A stretch of 64,000 nucleotides of DNA from an uncultured Acidobacteriota bacterium (GCA_963822445.1 CAWGHO010000002.1:1792001-1856000); one strand, 5' to 3'. Counted from the first letter of the stretch, positions 48,369 to 60,692 are shown. Notes: generated by a model not told the origin, from the letters alone. Numbers and translations are program-made.

Positions 48369-51300
48369 ATGTCCACTGCAGCGTGTCCAACATGCGGCGG
48401 CAGCCTCGACGCCGAAACCGGCGTGTGCCCGCAGTGCACGACGCAGGTCAATTTGCGCTCCGGCGGAACACGAACCGAAACGGCGACCGTCGTCACTCCC
48501 CACGAACACACCGCGACCGAAACACCCGAGATCTCCGGCTATCGCGTGATCAACAGCCTCGGCGAAGGCGGCATGGGCGCCGTGTATCTCGCCGAGGAGA
48601 CGACGCTCGGGCGGCGGGTGGCGGTGAAGGTCATCTCCAGCCGCGTCGCGCCCGACGCACAGTCGAAAGCGCGATTCCTGCGCGAGGCGCGGACGCTCGC
48701 CACGATCGAGCACCCCCACGTCGTCCGCGTCTATTCATTCGGCGAAGTCGAAGGCCGTCCGTACCTGGCGATGGAGTACGTCGAAGGCGAGACGCTGATG
48801 GACCGCATCGCCCGCCTCGGCAAGCTCTCGATCGACGACGCGCTCCGCATCACCCGCGACATCGTTGATGCACTCGACGCGGCCTGGGACAAGCGCGTCA
48901 TCCACCGCGACATCAAGCCCTCGAACATCCTCATCGATCGTCGCAACCGCGTCCGCGTCGCCGACTTCGGCCTGGCCAAGCCGATGGACATCGACGAGAG
49001 CCAGAGCGCGCTGACGCTCAGCGGCCTGATGGTCGGAACGCCGCATTACATCTCGCCGGAACAGGCCCAGGGCAAGGAACTCGACTTCCGGTCCGACTTC
49101 TACTCGCTGGGAATCATGCTGTTTCACATGCTCACCGGCGAGCGGCCGTTTCAAGGCACGACGCCGGTGGCGATCGTGGCCAAGCACATTCACGAGCCGA
49201 TGCCGCTGGTCACGTCGCGGCGCGCCGACATCCCGTCCGCGATCGAGCGGCTCATTCAGTGGATGACGCAGAAGGACGCGGAGAAGCGCCCTGGCTCGCA
49301 TCAGGAACTGCTCGCGGCCATCGACGGCCTGATCACGCGCACGCCGACAGCGCCGATGCCGACGTTCACGTCGATGCCGATCGAAGCGCCGAGAAAACCC
49401 GCGCGGCGGCGAACGGTCATGGCGCTCGCCGTGCTGGTGATCGCGGCCATTGCCGCCGCGTCGGTTTTCATCTGGCGAAAAAAGGAGGAGCCGTTTCAAC
49501 TGGCCGCCCCGGAATTCGCGTTCATCGTCGCCGTCGCGCCGTTTTACGGGCCTGACGACGATTCGGCGAAGGAAGGCCGGGTCATGGCGGCCCTCATCGA
49601 GCGCGCCGTCGCCAACCGTCTCGGCAAAGGCGGCGCGCGCGTCCTCGGAATCGAGGAAACCAAAACCGCGGTGCGCTCGCATGACGAGGCCCGCGAGCTC
49701 GGAACGAAGCTACACGCCAGCGCGGTGATCTGGGGCGAGGCGTTCGCCCTCCGCACGGAAACGGAGATCCGGCCGTACGTGACGCTCGTCGCGCAGCCGA
49801 AGCTCGAGGCGCCGGCGAGAATCGGCCCCGATGCCCGCCTGCTGGCCGACACCCGGCTGGAGGCGACGGAGAATCTCGCCGACACCGGTGGCGCCGCGGT
49901 GAAGCTCGAGGCCGAGGCGCCGAATCAGATCGAGCTGCGGAAGACTTCCGCGTCGGGCATCGGCGACCTGGTCGTGCTGCTGGCCGGCATCCACGCGCTC
50001 GAGAACGAGAAGAACTACAGAAAAGCGCTCGACCTGTTCCGCCAGGCGCCGCGAACCGCGGAGACGTTGCGCTATGAAGTGCAGGCGCTGCTGCCGTCGA
50101 ATCGCCGCGAGGAAGCGCGCCAGACGCTCGAACAGGCCATCGCTCTCGATCCGAACGACGCTCCCAGTCACGCCCTCCTCGGCGACCTGCATCTCGCCGA
50201 AAACCGGATGGCCGAGGGCATCGCGGCCTATCAGCGGGCGGCGGCGTTGGGTCAGCCTTACGTGACGACGCGCGGCATCCTGCATGAGGGGAAGCTCTAC
50301 CTCCGGGAGACGTACAAGCACGAGTTTCAGAGCAGCGGAGAAGAGACCGACACGATGTTCCTGCTGGAGGTCGATCCCGCGACGCAGACCGTTCACGCGC
50401 GTCATTCGTTGCCGGGGACGATCACCTCGATGCGCACCGACGGAGACGCGCTGGTCATCGCCTACAACGGCGGAACGGACAACGAACCGGTTCCGGCCGA
50501 GCTGCGGCTGCGCAACGGCGCGTTCGACCGGCCGTACTGGCCGCCGCCGAGTCTTCTGTGGCGCGTTCGGTCACACCGCGGCGGGCGTGTCCTGTCCGGC
50601 AACTTCCTCGGCGAGATCGACAACATCCGCACGTACGGACAGCCGGGCGGCCGATTCGTCCTGCGGCCCGAACCGGCCGCGGATCTTCCGGCGACGCTGC
50701 CCGATCTGGAGCGCGCACTGCGCGCGGCGGCGCAACGCGATCCGACGCAGCCCTCGCACCTCTTCTTCCTGGCGATGACGTTGCGCGCGCAGAACCGGAT
50801 GGCCGAAGCGAACGCGGTTCTCGACGAGTTGATCCGCCGCGATTACCCCGGCGTGCCCTACTTCCACTACACCTGGATGCTGGGAACGCTCGAGCGCGTC
50901 GGCTACGGAGAATGGACCGACAGGCTTTATCCGAAAGCTCTGGCCGCGCGGCGCAAGCTTCCGCAGCAGCAGACTTTCTCGACCCTGATCGAGCGGCTGA
51001 TCAACGCCCAGTTCATCCGCCAGGCGGCATCGAATCGCAACGTTGCGCGCGGCTACGGCCTGCTGCTCAAGGCGCGGGAGCTCGTGGGAATCACGCCGGA
51101 GGGAGAGGATCTCGTCGCTGCGGCGTGGGCGAAGTATTTCGACGCGAAGGGCGATCGCGCACGCGCCGCGCACGAGCGCGAGGTGGTCCGCGTGACTCAC
51201 GCGCATCCGTTCAACTTCCTGGGCGCGATCGCGAAGGTCGATTACGCACTGACCGCGGCGGCGGCCACGCTCATCGGATTCGTACTGTTGTCGGTGTTCG

Positions 51301-52472
51301 TCGCCGTCAATGCAATCCGCCGGGCGAAGCTTCCTGGACCGCAGCCGCGGACCGTGACCACCGCGTTGCGTGATCGCATGGCCAAGCTCGCCGGTCCGAT
51401 GCGGGCCGCGGTCCTCGGACTGGTTCTGTCTGGCGGCATGATCGGCGCGGCGGCTCTGATGATCGCCGGCGCGCTGGGCATGGCGCTGATCGTGATCGCC
51501 GCGCTCGTGGTGATCGCGCTGGCGTGGCGGTGGTTGCGCGTCTCGCCGGTGGCGGCGCTCGGCTCGATCAGCCGCCGCGAGCGGATCGCCGTTCTCGTTT
51601 CGTATCTCGTCTTCATCGCGTCGGTAATTGCCCTCATCGATCGCTCGGCGACCTACAACGTCATCGCTGGAATCCCGATCGGATTCAACGACTCGATCGG
51701 TCACGTCCGCATCGTTCAGGACCTGGAGAATCGCCTGAAGACCGTGCCCGCGCCGGCTTTGAGTTACGTCGCGGCCCTGGCCAATCACTACGCCGGCAAC
51801 ACGGATCGCGCCGCGCAGTTGTATGGCGCCGCCGACGATTACGGCGCCACCCGCCAGAACCGTGCGGCGCTCGCAGCCGGCCGAATGCCGGCGGTGCCCG
51901 CGACGGCAGAGCAGGTGTTCGCCGCGCTGGGCGGGTCGCGTTTGCACCGTTGGCGCGAGGTCGTTATCGGAAAGCGGGCCGTGGCGATCCCCTTCCTCCT
52001 TGCGCCGCTCCTGGCGTTGTTGCTGTTCGCCGTCCGCCCACGCGTGGCGGATGGCGAGCCTGTGCAAGCGTCATGGCCGGCGAAGATCGCGATGATCGTC
52101 CTGCCCGGAGTCTTCGACGTGCGGACTGGTGCGGTCTGGCGGGCGTGGATCACGATCGTGCTCATTGCCACGCCTGTTCTGGCAGCGGTCGCCGAGATCA
52201 CCCCGGCATTTCTCGTGACGCGAGCGTCCATGCCGCACTTCCCCGGAGCCTTCCCCCTGCCAACGAACGCCGCCGATCCGATGGCCGAGCTGGAATGGAC
52301 GTTCCGTCTGGCCTTTCCCTACGCGAAGGTTTACTGGTCGCTCGTTGTCGCGGCGGGGATCATCGGCCTCGCCCTGCATGCGATGAGGATTCCGGCCATC
52401 CTTCGCACGCCGCGTCCGATCGCGGACGAAGATCAGCCGACGCGGGTGAACATCGCCAGCGTCTCGACGTGA
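48369..52472 (+). CDS. Large Hanks-type Ser/Thr protein kinase (Zn ribbon, kinase, TM, TPR-rich region, multi-TM C-terminus)
   Basis: GEGGMGAV, VAVK, HRDIKPSN, DFG, GTPHYISPE; CxxC...CxxC at the N-terminus. Confidence 0.93.
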   Translation: MSTAACPTCGGSLDAETGVCPQCTTQVNLRSGGTRTETATVVTPHEHTATETPEISGYRVINSLGEGGMGAVYLAEETTLGRRVAVKVISSRVAPDAQSKARFLREARTLATIEHPHVVRVYSFGEVEGRPYLAMEYVEGETLMDRIARLGKLSIDDALRITRDIVDALDAAWDKRVIHRDIKPSNILIDRRNRVRVADFGLAKPMDIDESQSALTLSGLMVGTPHYISPEQAQGKELDFRSDFYSLGIMLFHMLTGERPFQGTTPVAIVAKHIHEPMPLVTSRRADIPSAIERLIQWMTQKDAEKRPGSHQELLAAIDGLITRTPTAPMPTFTSMPIEAPRKPARRRTVMALAVLVIAAIAAASVFIWRKKEEPFQLAAPEFAFIVAVAPFYGPDDDSAKEGRVMAALIERAVANRLGKGGARVLGIEETKTAVRSHDEARELGTKLHASAVIWGEAFALRTETEIRPYVTLVAQPKLEAPARIGPDARLLADTRLEATENLADTGGAAVKLEAEAPNQIELRKTSASGIGDLVVLLAGIHALENEKNYRKALDLFRQAPRTAETLRYEVQALLPSNRREEARQTLEQAIALDPNDAPSHALLGDLHLAENRMAEGIAAYQRAAALGQPYVTTRGILHEGKLYLRETYKHEFQSSGEETDTMFLLEVDPATQTVHARHSLPGTITSMRTDGDALVIAYNGGTDNEPVPAELRLRNGAFDRPYWPPPSLLWRVRSHRGGRVLSGNFLGEIDNIRTYGQPGGRFVLRPEPAADLPATLPDLERALRAAAQRDPTQPSHLFFLAMTLRAQNRMAEANAVLDELIRRDYPGVPYFHYTWMLGTLERVGYGEWTDRLYPKALAARRKLPQQQTFSTLIERLINAQFIRQAASNRNVARGYGLLLKARELVGITPEGEDLVAAAWAKYFDAKGDRARAAHEREVVRVTHAHPFNFLGAIAKVDYALTAAAATLIGFVLLSVFVAVNAIRRAKLPGPQPRTVTTALRDRMAKLAGPMRAAVLGLVLSGGMIGAAALMIAGALGMALIVIAALVVIALAWRWLRVSPVAALGSISRRERIAVLVSYLVFIASVIALIDRSATYNVIAGIPIGFNDSIGHVRIVQDLENRLKTVPAPALSYVAALANHYAGNTDRAAQLYGAADDYGATRQNRAALAAGRMPAVPATAEQVFAALGGSRLHRWREVVIGKRAVAIPFLLAPLLALLLFAVRPRVADGEPVQASWPAKIAMIVLPGVFDVRTGAVWRAWITIVLIATPVLAAVAEITPAFLVTRASMPHFPGAFPLPTNAADPMAELEWTFRLAFPYAKVYWSLVVAAGIIGLALHAMRIPAILRTPRPIADEDQPTRVNIASVST

Positions 52473-53605
52473 TGGGTGTTGGGGAAGAGGTCGAGCAGAT
52501 CGAGCGATTCGAGATTCCAGCCCGCTGACACAAGTCGTGTCGCGTCGCGGGCGAAGGTCACCGGATCGCAGGAAAGCCAGGAGATCCGCTCCCTCGTTCG
52601 CTCGGCGATCACGTCCACTACTTCGCGGCGCGTTCCGGCGCGCGGAGGATCGAGGAAAACGAAATCCGCAGTGGGCAGGTTCAGGATCTGGCGCTCGACC
52701 GGCGCCTCGATGAGGCGCACGTTCGCGGGCACGTTCCGCTTTGCGTAGCGCGTCGACACGCGCGAGCCTTCGACTGCGACGACTTTCTCGAACAGCTTTG
52801 CCAGCGGGAGGGTGAAGAAGCCCACACCGGAGTAGAGATCGAGGGCCGTTCGCTTCGACGTCACCTGCGACGCATGCGCGGAGACGAGCCGCAACATCGT
52901 TCCGAGCATGTGCCGGTTGACCTGAAAAAATGCCTCGGTGGAGAGTTTGTACGGGCCGATGCGCAGCTCGCCTTCCTGCAGGAGGTGGCCGTCGAGCTCC
53001 CAGACTTCCAGGAGCGCCGCCGTCCCGGCGGCTGGTCCGCCGGCGTCCCGCGGCGGCCCCTGCGGCCGGCGAGCCGCCGGCGCAACAGCCGGCGAAGACG
53101 CCGGCGTTCCGAATGCGCGCGCCGTCTCGAGTCCCACCACCTCGCATTCCGCCGCGAGCGGCACCACGCGATTCGAGCGCATCGCGTAAAAGCCGACCGC
53201 GTCGCCGTCGCGATGCAATCGTGAGCGGAGCCGGTAGTTGAGGGGGGAGGGATGAATCGTGATCGGCGGATGCTCGTTGATCTTCCCGATCCGCCGCAGC
53301 GACTCCGACAGAATCCGCCGCTTGGCCTCGAGCTGTTTGTCGAGCCGCAACGCCGTCCAGTCGCAGCCGCCGCATTCGTTCGCGATCGGGCAGGGCATGG
53401 CCCGCCGGAACGGACTGGGCTCGAGCAGCTCCACCAGCTCGCCGCGCGCGAAGCCTTTCTTCACTTCGAAGAGCCGCACGAGTGCTTTGTCGCCGGGAAA
53501 AACGTTGATGGCGAAGACGGGAAAGCCGTCGACGCGCGCCAGCGCGGCGCCGCGGGCGACAAGCTCTTGCGGCTCAATGGTTAATTCATCCCCGATTTGA
53601 TACAA
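52433..53605 (-). CDS. TRAM-domain RNA (uracil-5)-methyltransferase (RlmD/TrmA family)
   Basis: TRAM N-terminus, C...[37 protein letters not shown]. Confidence 0.92.
   Translation of the reverse strand: MYQIGDELTIEPQELVARGAALARVDGFPVFAINVFPGDKALVRLFEVKKGFARGELVELLEPSPFRRAMPCPIANECGGCDWTALRLDKQLEAKRRILSESLRRIGKINEHPPITIHPSPLNYRLRSRLHRDGDAVGFYAMRSNRVVPLAAECEVVGLETARAFGTPASSPAVAPAARRPQGPPRDAGGPAAGTAALLEVWELDGHLLQEGELRIGPYKLSTEAFFQVNRHMLGTMLRLVSAHASQVTSKRTALDLYSGVGFFTLPLAKLFEKVVAVEGSRVSTRYAKRNVPANVRLIEAPVERQILNLPTADFVFLDPPRAGTRREVVDVIAERTRERISWLSCDPVTFARDATRLVSAGWNLESLDLLDLFPNTHHVETLAMFTRVG
53011..53110. repeat. REP-like palindromic element in frame within the RlmD-like gene
   Basis: GGAGCGCCGCCGTCCCGGCGGCTG ... 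CAGCCGGCGAAGACGCCGGCGTTCC; translated as [33 protein letters not shown]. Confidence 0.8.
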
Positions 53606-53616
53606 CTGCGCCCCCT

Positions 53617-55689
<2,073 letters not shown>

Positions 55690-55802
55690 GAGAGTGCGCG
55701 GCGGAAGCAACGTCAGGCGCGTTGCGCCGCCCGAAGCCGGGGACTTGACGCCGAGCCGCGCGTGCCGGAAGGCGCAGCAACCGGCGCGGCGGCCCGTGGC
55801 CG

Positions 55803-56507
55803 CTAGGGTACGGACTTCACTTCACCGGTTCCGAAGTCGTAATACGCGCTGATGATCTTGATCTGCTCCGTCTGCACGGCGCGGCGGATCACTGCGCTGC
55901 CGGCGATCAACTGCGCGGCGGACGCGCGCGAGTTCGTCTCGATGGCGCGTTTGAAATTCGCCGCATCGCGCGAGTCGAAGGCGATGCCGATGAACGAGCC
56001 GCGGATCTGTTCGACCATCTTGTTGAGTGCGGGCGTGGGCGGGTCGGTGCCGGCCAGGGCCGCCTTCACGGCGCCGCAGTTCTCGTGTCCGAGGACGACG
56101 ATCAGTTTCGTCCAGCCGCTGAGGATCCCGAACTCGATCGAGGCGATGCTGAATTCGTCGGCGACGTTGCCTGCGGTCCGGACGCCGAAGATCGCGCCGA
56201 GGGATTGATCGAACACGAGCTCGGGAGGGACGCGGCTGTCCGAGCAGGAGAGCACGGTCACCGGCGGCGACTGATGCTCCTTCAGCGCGATGCGCTCCTC
56301 GTTCAGCGTGTCGAATCGGATCTTTCCCGCGGTGAAGTTCTTGTTGCCTCGCAGCAGTGCGTTCCAGATCACTTCCGGGGTGAGCGGCGGAGGTGCCGGC
56401 GCCGCTGCCGGTGGCGCGGCTGGCTTTTGTTGCGGTGGCGCGGCTTGCTGGGCGAGGCCGGTGAAGGAGAATGCGAGCGTGAATGCGAGAATGACGAATC
56501 GGCGCAT
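55803..56507 (-). CDS. Secreted beta-class carbonic anhydrase
   Basis: Signal peptide; SCSDSRV, RTAGN, GHENCGAV. Confidence 0.93.
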   Translation of the reverse strand: MRRFVILAFTLAFSFTGLAQQAAPPQQKPAAPPAAAPAPPPLTPEVIWNALLRGNKNFTAGKIRFDTLNEERIALKEHQSPPVTVLSCSDSRVPPELVFDQSLGAIFGVRTAGNVADEFSIASIEFGILSGWTKLIVVLGHENCGAVKAALAGTDPPTPALNKMVEQIRGSFIGIAFDSRDAANFKRAIETNSRASAAQLIAGSAVIRRAVQTEQIKIISAYYDFGTGEVKSVP

Positions 56508-57438
56508 GAGACCTATTGTCGCTTTACTGACGCTCTTTCTGTGCACGCCTGCTCTCGGCGGCTGGTTTCGCGGGAACACGCACACACACACGCTCGAAAG
56601 CGATGGCGATTCCACGCCGGCCGAAGTGGCGAAGTGGTACGCGGATCACGGGTACGACTTTCTGGTGATCACCGATCACGACAAGATCACGAAGATCGAG
56701 TCGGACGAGATCCTGCTCATTCCGGGCGAAGAGGTTACCGACAAGCTTCCGAAAAAACCGCTGCACGTGAATGCCATCGATCCGGCTGGGCTCATCAGTC
56801 CGATGGGTGGTCAGAGTGTCGTCGATGTGTTGCAACGCAACGTGACCAACATCGTGAAGTCCGGCGGGATCGCCCAGATCAATCACCCGAACTTCGGCTG
56901 GGCTTTCGGTGCGAACGAATTGATGCAGATCGAAGGAGCCATGCTCCTGGAGATCGCCAGCGGTCACCCCTTCGTGAACATGCAGGGGCCGCCCTCGGTC
57001 GAAGCGATGTGGGACGAGGTGCTGACGAAGGGCAAACGCATCTGGGGCGTGGCCGTCGACGACTCGCATCATCTGAAAAACCCCTGGGACACCTACGTCG
57101 CGCTACCGGGCAAGGCCTGGATCGTGGTGCGCGCGGATGAGTGCACGAAATCGAACATTCTTCGCGCGATCATCCGCGGCGACTTTTACGCGTCGACCGG
57201 CGTCGAGCTCGAGGACTACACGGTTGCTGCGAAGTCCATCACCGTGAAAGTGAAGGAAAAGAACCAGGCCCGCTACGTCGTGCAATTCATCGGCGCGAAC
57301 GGCCGCGTCCTGCAGGAGTCGAAAGGTCCAACCGCCACGTACGCGCTCACCGGCAAGGACCCATACGTGCGGGCGAAGGTCATCGACTCGAACGGCCGCA
57401 TGGCCTGGTGCCAGCCCGTCTTCAGGAAGAAGCGTTGA
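56506..57438 (+). CDS. Secreted PHP-like (CehA/McbA-type) metallohydrolase
   Basis: Signal peptide; GNTHTHT..SDG, ITDH, GEE, NHP, DDSH. Confidence 0.88.
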   Translation: MRPIVALLTLFLCTPALGGWFRGNTHTHTLESDGDSTPAEVAKWYADHGYDFLVITDHDKITKIESDEILLIPGEEVTDKLPKKPLHVNAIDPAGLISPMGGQSVVDVLQRNVTNIVKSGGIAQINHPNFGWAFGANELMQIEGAMLLEIASGHPFVNMQGPPSVEAMWDEVLTKGKRIWGVAVDDSHHLKNPWDTYVALPGKAWIVVRADECTKSNILRAIIRGDFYASTGVELEDYTVAAKSITVKVKEKNQARYVVQFIGANGRVLQESKGPTATYALTGKDPYVRAKVIDSNGRMAWCQPVFRKKR

Positions 57439-58112
57439 GTCTTTCCCTGCAACTGGCCACGCCCGTGACGACGCTCGTCCTCATCGGCGGCGGAGAGTTC
57501 TCGTTCGGCGATACGCGGGAGATCGACGAGCTGCTCGTCTCGCGCATGCCTGCCGATCGCCGCACCGTCGCCTTCCTGCCCACCGCCTCCGGCTCCGCCG
57601 AATACGCGACGCACCTCGGCGAGTACTTCCGCAAGATCGATCCGTCGATCAGCGTCGTGAACGTGCCGATTTATCGAGGACGGGACAGCCGCCGGCAAAA
57701 GAGTCTCGACGCGATCCTCGCCGCGGGCATGGTCTACCTCGGCGGCGGCGTCACGAACAACCTCCTGGCGACCGTCCGCGAGTCGCCGGCGGATCTGGCC
57801 ATGCGCGAAGCTGCGGCGAAAGGCGCGATCATCGCGGCGATCGGCGCAGCCGCATCGTGCTTCGGGCGGGTCGCGCGGGACATGCGCGGCGCCTCCGTGC
57901 TGCCGGCCCTGAACTGGCTGGACAACACCGCCGTGGAAACCGGCTTCGATCCGTCGAATGACACCGCCCTGCGACGGCTCATGTCCGTTCCGGAAGTGGA
58001 GCTGGGTCTGGGGATTCCGGCGAAGACGGCGCTGATGATCGGTGCTGACGGTGTTGCCGAAATCATCGGGGTCGGACAGATCGCGGCGTTCCGAAAACCG
58101 GTGAGGCATTAG
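57435..58112 (+). CDS. Peptidase S51 (cyanophycinase/PepE)-like protein, apparently lacking catalytic residues
   Basis: LVLIGGGE, FLPTASG, YLGGG; the nucleophile elbow reads AIGAAA. Confidence 0.8.
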   Translation: MSLSLQLATPVTTLVLIGGGEFSFGDTREIDELLVSRMPADRRTVAFLPTASGSAEYATHLGEYFRKIDPSISVVNVPIYRGRDSRRQKSLDAILAAGMVYLGGGVTNNLLATVRESPADLAMREAAAKGAIIAAIGAAASCFGRVARDMRGASVLPALNWLDNTAVETGFDPSNDTALRRLMSVPEVELGLGIPAKTALMIGADGVAEIIGVGQIAAFRKPVRH

Positions 58113-58139
58113 CGTTGCACTTGAGCCGCTCTTTGGAGG

Positions 58140-58868
58140 TTGCGCATTTCAGCACTCGAGCAAACACCCGCCGCAGAAAAGCCGGTCACGCATGAGGAGC
58201 TGGTTCGCTTCTTCAGCGTCCTCTCGCATGATTTGAAATCTCCAATCTTCGCAGTCGACGGATTCAGCGAGCTTCTCCTCAGCGACTACCTCGACAAGCT
58301 CGATGACGAAGGGCAGGACTTCCTGCGCCGCATCCGTTCGAGCGCGCAGTACATGAAGCGCGTGCTCGACGACATGTCGCACATGGTCAAGCTTCTGGCG
58401 CGACCGACGGTGCGCAAACCGACACCGCTTCGCGAGATCGTCGAAGAGGTGATCCTCAAGTACAACTTCCAGATCGAGGAAGGCGGCGTGCGCGTCGACC
58501 TTCCCGCGGACCTGCCCGTGGTCAACGTCGATCCGGAAAAGATCCGCGAGGCCATCGGCTCGATCATCGCCAACTCGCTCTTCTTCAGCGATCGCGACAA
58601 GGGTCAGCGCGAGCTCGCCATTGACTGCAATTCGACGGGTGAGGGCATCCGCTTCTGCGTCCGCGACAACGGCATCGGCATCGACCCGCGCTACGCGAAC
58701 CAGGTCTTCGAGCTCGGGGGCATGAGCAAGCTCGATAAGGCCCGCGGCGGCGGGCCGGGCTACGGTCTCTATCTCGCCAAGAGGATCATCGAGAGCCACG
58801 GCGGTGAGCTGACCGTGGAGTCGACGATGGGCGAAGGCAGCACCTTCTGCTTCACGCTGCCTAATTAG
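58140..58868 (+). CDS. Sensor-less cytoplasmic histidine kinase (HisKA + HATPase only)
   Basis: VLSHDLKSPI, DNGIGI, GYGLYLAKRII, GEGSTF. Confidence 0.88.
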   Translation: MRISALEQTPAAEKPVTHEELVRFFSVLSHDLKSPIFAVDGFSELLLSDYLDKLDDEGQDFLRRIRSSAQYMKRVLDDMSHMVKLLARPTVRKPTPLREIVEEVILKYNFQIEEGGVRVDLPADLPVVNVDPEKIREAIGSIIANSLFFSDRDKGQRELAIDCNSTGEGIRFCVRDNGIGIDPRYANQVFELGGMSKLDKARGGGPGYGLYLAKRIIESHGGELTVESTMGEGSTFCFTLPN

Positions 58869-59416
58869 CGGGCAGCGACCGCCTGCTCGAGTTGCGCGAG
58901 ATCCACATGCTCCGGCAAGGGCTCCTCTCCCGGCAGGGCGATGATGCGGACCTCTACGTAGCGGTCGCGGGCGACATCGACGCCGAGGTAGCGGGCGGCG
59001 GCCTGGGAGAGATCGATGGCGAACTTGTTCACGTAGGGGCCGCGATCGTTCACCCGCATCCGCAGTTTCTTGCCCGTCGCCCGGGACTTCACTTCCACCC
59101 AGCATCCCAGCGGTAGGGTGAGGTGCGCGGCCGAGAACTTCCTGTTGCGGAAGATCTCCCCGTTGGCAGTCTTCCGGCCGTCGAAGAAGCCCGAGTAGTA
59201 GCTGGCCAGGCCGTTCAGGCGATGTTTCACCGCCAGCTTCGAGTACTTGAGGAAGCGCTCCAGAAACGGATCGGGCTGCGGTGGTGGCGGCGCTTCGAAG
59301 CAGTTCGTGAGCGGTGCGGTGAGCCGGAAATCGTCGACCGGCAGGATGTCCTCCGCCCACGCCAGCGGCGCGGCGGCAAGCAGTCCCAGAAGGGCGATCG
59401 AGGCTCCTGATCTCAT
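58865..59416 (-). CDS. RlpA-like DPBB-domain secreted protein
   Basis: GLASYY, TANGE, AAHLTLPLG, VNDRGPY, IDLSQAAA. Confidence 0.9.
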   Translation of the reverse strand: MRSGASIALLGLLAAAPLAWAEDILPVDDFRLTAPLTNCFEAPPPPQPDPFLERFLKYSKLAVKHRLNGLASYYSGFFDGRKTANGEIFRNRKFSAAHLTLPLGCWVEVKSRATGKKLRMRVNDRGPYVNKFAIDLSQAAARYLGVDVARDRYVEVRIIALPGEEPLPEHVDLAQLEQAVAAR

Positions 59417-59550
59417 GGCGGCCGGATTGTAGTGAGTTTCAACCGACGAGCCAATCCGTGCCAACAACTCAGCAATAAGTGGTTTAAAACTCAGCAGTTA
59501 GCGGTGGCTCCTCGTTTGCAAATAATTGTTTCGCACAGGAGGACCCGGCG

Positions 59551-60429
59551 ATGAGTGAACTGAAGACGAGACGCCCGTACCAGGAGCGGTTTCTCGACAA
59601 TTTCGATCGGTCACAGCTACGCCGGGAGGTTCAGGCGGTCAAACCGAAACGCCTCTCCGGGCTGAAGAAAAAATACGCGACCTGGGCCCTGGGAGCATCA
59701 CTCGCCCTCGGCGGCATCGGCGCGCCGATGAAGATGGTCCACCAGGGCAAGACCGGCTCGGCGAAGAACGAGATCTCCAGTCAGGCTCCGTCGCTCGACC
59801 GCGCACTCGCCGGAGACCTCCGGGCGGCGCAGTCGATCGCGAAGCAGGTCGCGGGCGGTGTCGAAGCCGTGGCCGAGGGCGTCGAGAAGGCGACCAGCAA
59901 TCCGCTCGAGGCCGTGGCCGAGGCTCCCAAGAAACTGAGCCTCGTCACCGAGCAGGTCCGGGAGGACTTCTTCAAGAAGGAAATCCCCTTCGGCTCGATC
60001 ATTTACAAGGAAGCGAAGAAGAACAACATCCGCCCCGAGCTCGTGGCCGCCGTGGTTCAGGCGGAGTCGCGCTTCAAGCCGACCGCGCGCTCAGGCGCCG
60101 GAGCGGTCGGGTTGATGCAGCTCGTTCCGCGCACTGGGAAGTGGATGGGGGCGAAGGACCTCACCAATCCCCAGCAGAACGTCGCCGCGGGCGCGAAGTA
60201 CCTCAAGTACCTCAACGAGCGCTTCGACGGGAACGAGACGAAAGTCATCGCCGCCTACAACGCCGGCGAAGGCAACGTGAAGCGCTTCGGCGGCGTGCCG
60301 CCGTTCAAGGAAACGCGCAGTTACGTCGTGAAGGTGCGGAACTACGAGGCGGAGTTCAAGAACCGCGTCGAGAACCGCCTCGCCGACGTATCGGCATCGG
60401 CGGATCTGGGCGGAGCGATCGCGCGGTAG
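59551..60429 (+). CDS. Lytic transglycosylase (SLT domain)
   Basis: AVVQAES, GAVGLMQL, AAYNAGEG, PPFKETRSYV; GGAGG SD. Confidence 0.93.
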   Translation: MSELKTRRPYQERFLDNFDRSQLRREVQAVKPKRLSGLKKKYATWALGASLALGGIGAPMKMVHQGKTGSAKNEISSQAPSLDRALAGDLRAAQSIAKQVAGGVEAVAEGVEKATSNPLEAVAEAPKKLSLVTEQVREDFFKKEIPFGSIIYKEAKKNNIRPELVAAVVQAESRFKPTARSGAGAVGLMQLVPRTGKWMGAKDLTNPQQNVAAGAKYLKYLNERFDGNETKVIAAYNAGEGNVKRFGGVPPFKETRSYVVKVRNYEAEFKNRVENRLADVSASADLGGAIAR

Positions 60430-60448
60430 TCATGATTCAATAGCCGCG

Positions 60449-60688
60449 GTGTCCGGAATCAGATTCGTCGTCGGTGTGATCGTGATGGGCATCGCCGTGC
60501 CCCTCGCCCTCTTCAAGCTCCTCGGCCTGCAAAACCTCTCGCAGCTGCTGACCATCGCCGCGATGACCTTCCTGTCGTGGTGCGTGGCTGACGTCCTGGC
60601 GACGATCCTCGCGAAGCCGCGTTTGCAGGGGCGAAGCGCGACGAGCGCGTTGCGCGAGGATCTCGAGCGGCGCGCGAAAGACGTCTAG
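60449..60688 (+). CDS. Small 2-TM hypothetical protein
   Basis: Two hydrophobic segments; host-like codon usage. Confidence 0.65.
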   Translation: MSGIRFVVGVIVMGIAVPLALFKLLGLQNLSQLLTIAAMTFLSWCVADVLATILAKPRLQGRSATSALREDLERRAKDV

Positions 60689-60692
60689 CGCT

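Noticed and set aside
55690-55802. GC-rich intergenic stretch with CCGGAAGGCGCAGC, resembling SRP RNA domain IV
   Set aside because: It lacks the adjacent CAGG and GGAAGCAGC consensus and a long enclosing stem; not supportable as an ncRNA.
60449-60688. Small ORF next to the PafA-like gene as a Pup/UBact candidate
   Set aside because: It is hydrophobic, on the opposite strand, and has no C-terminal GG[EQ].
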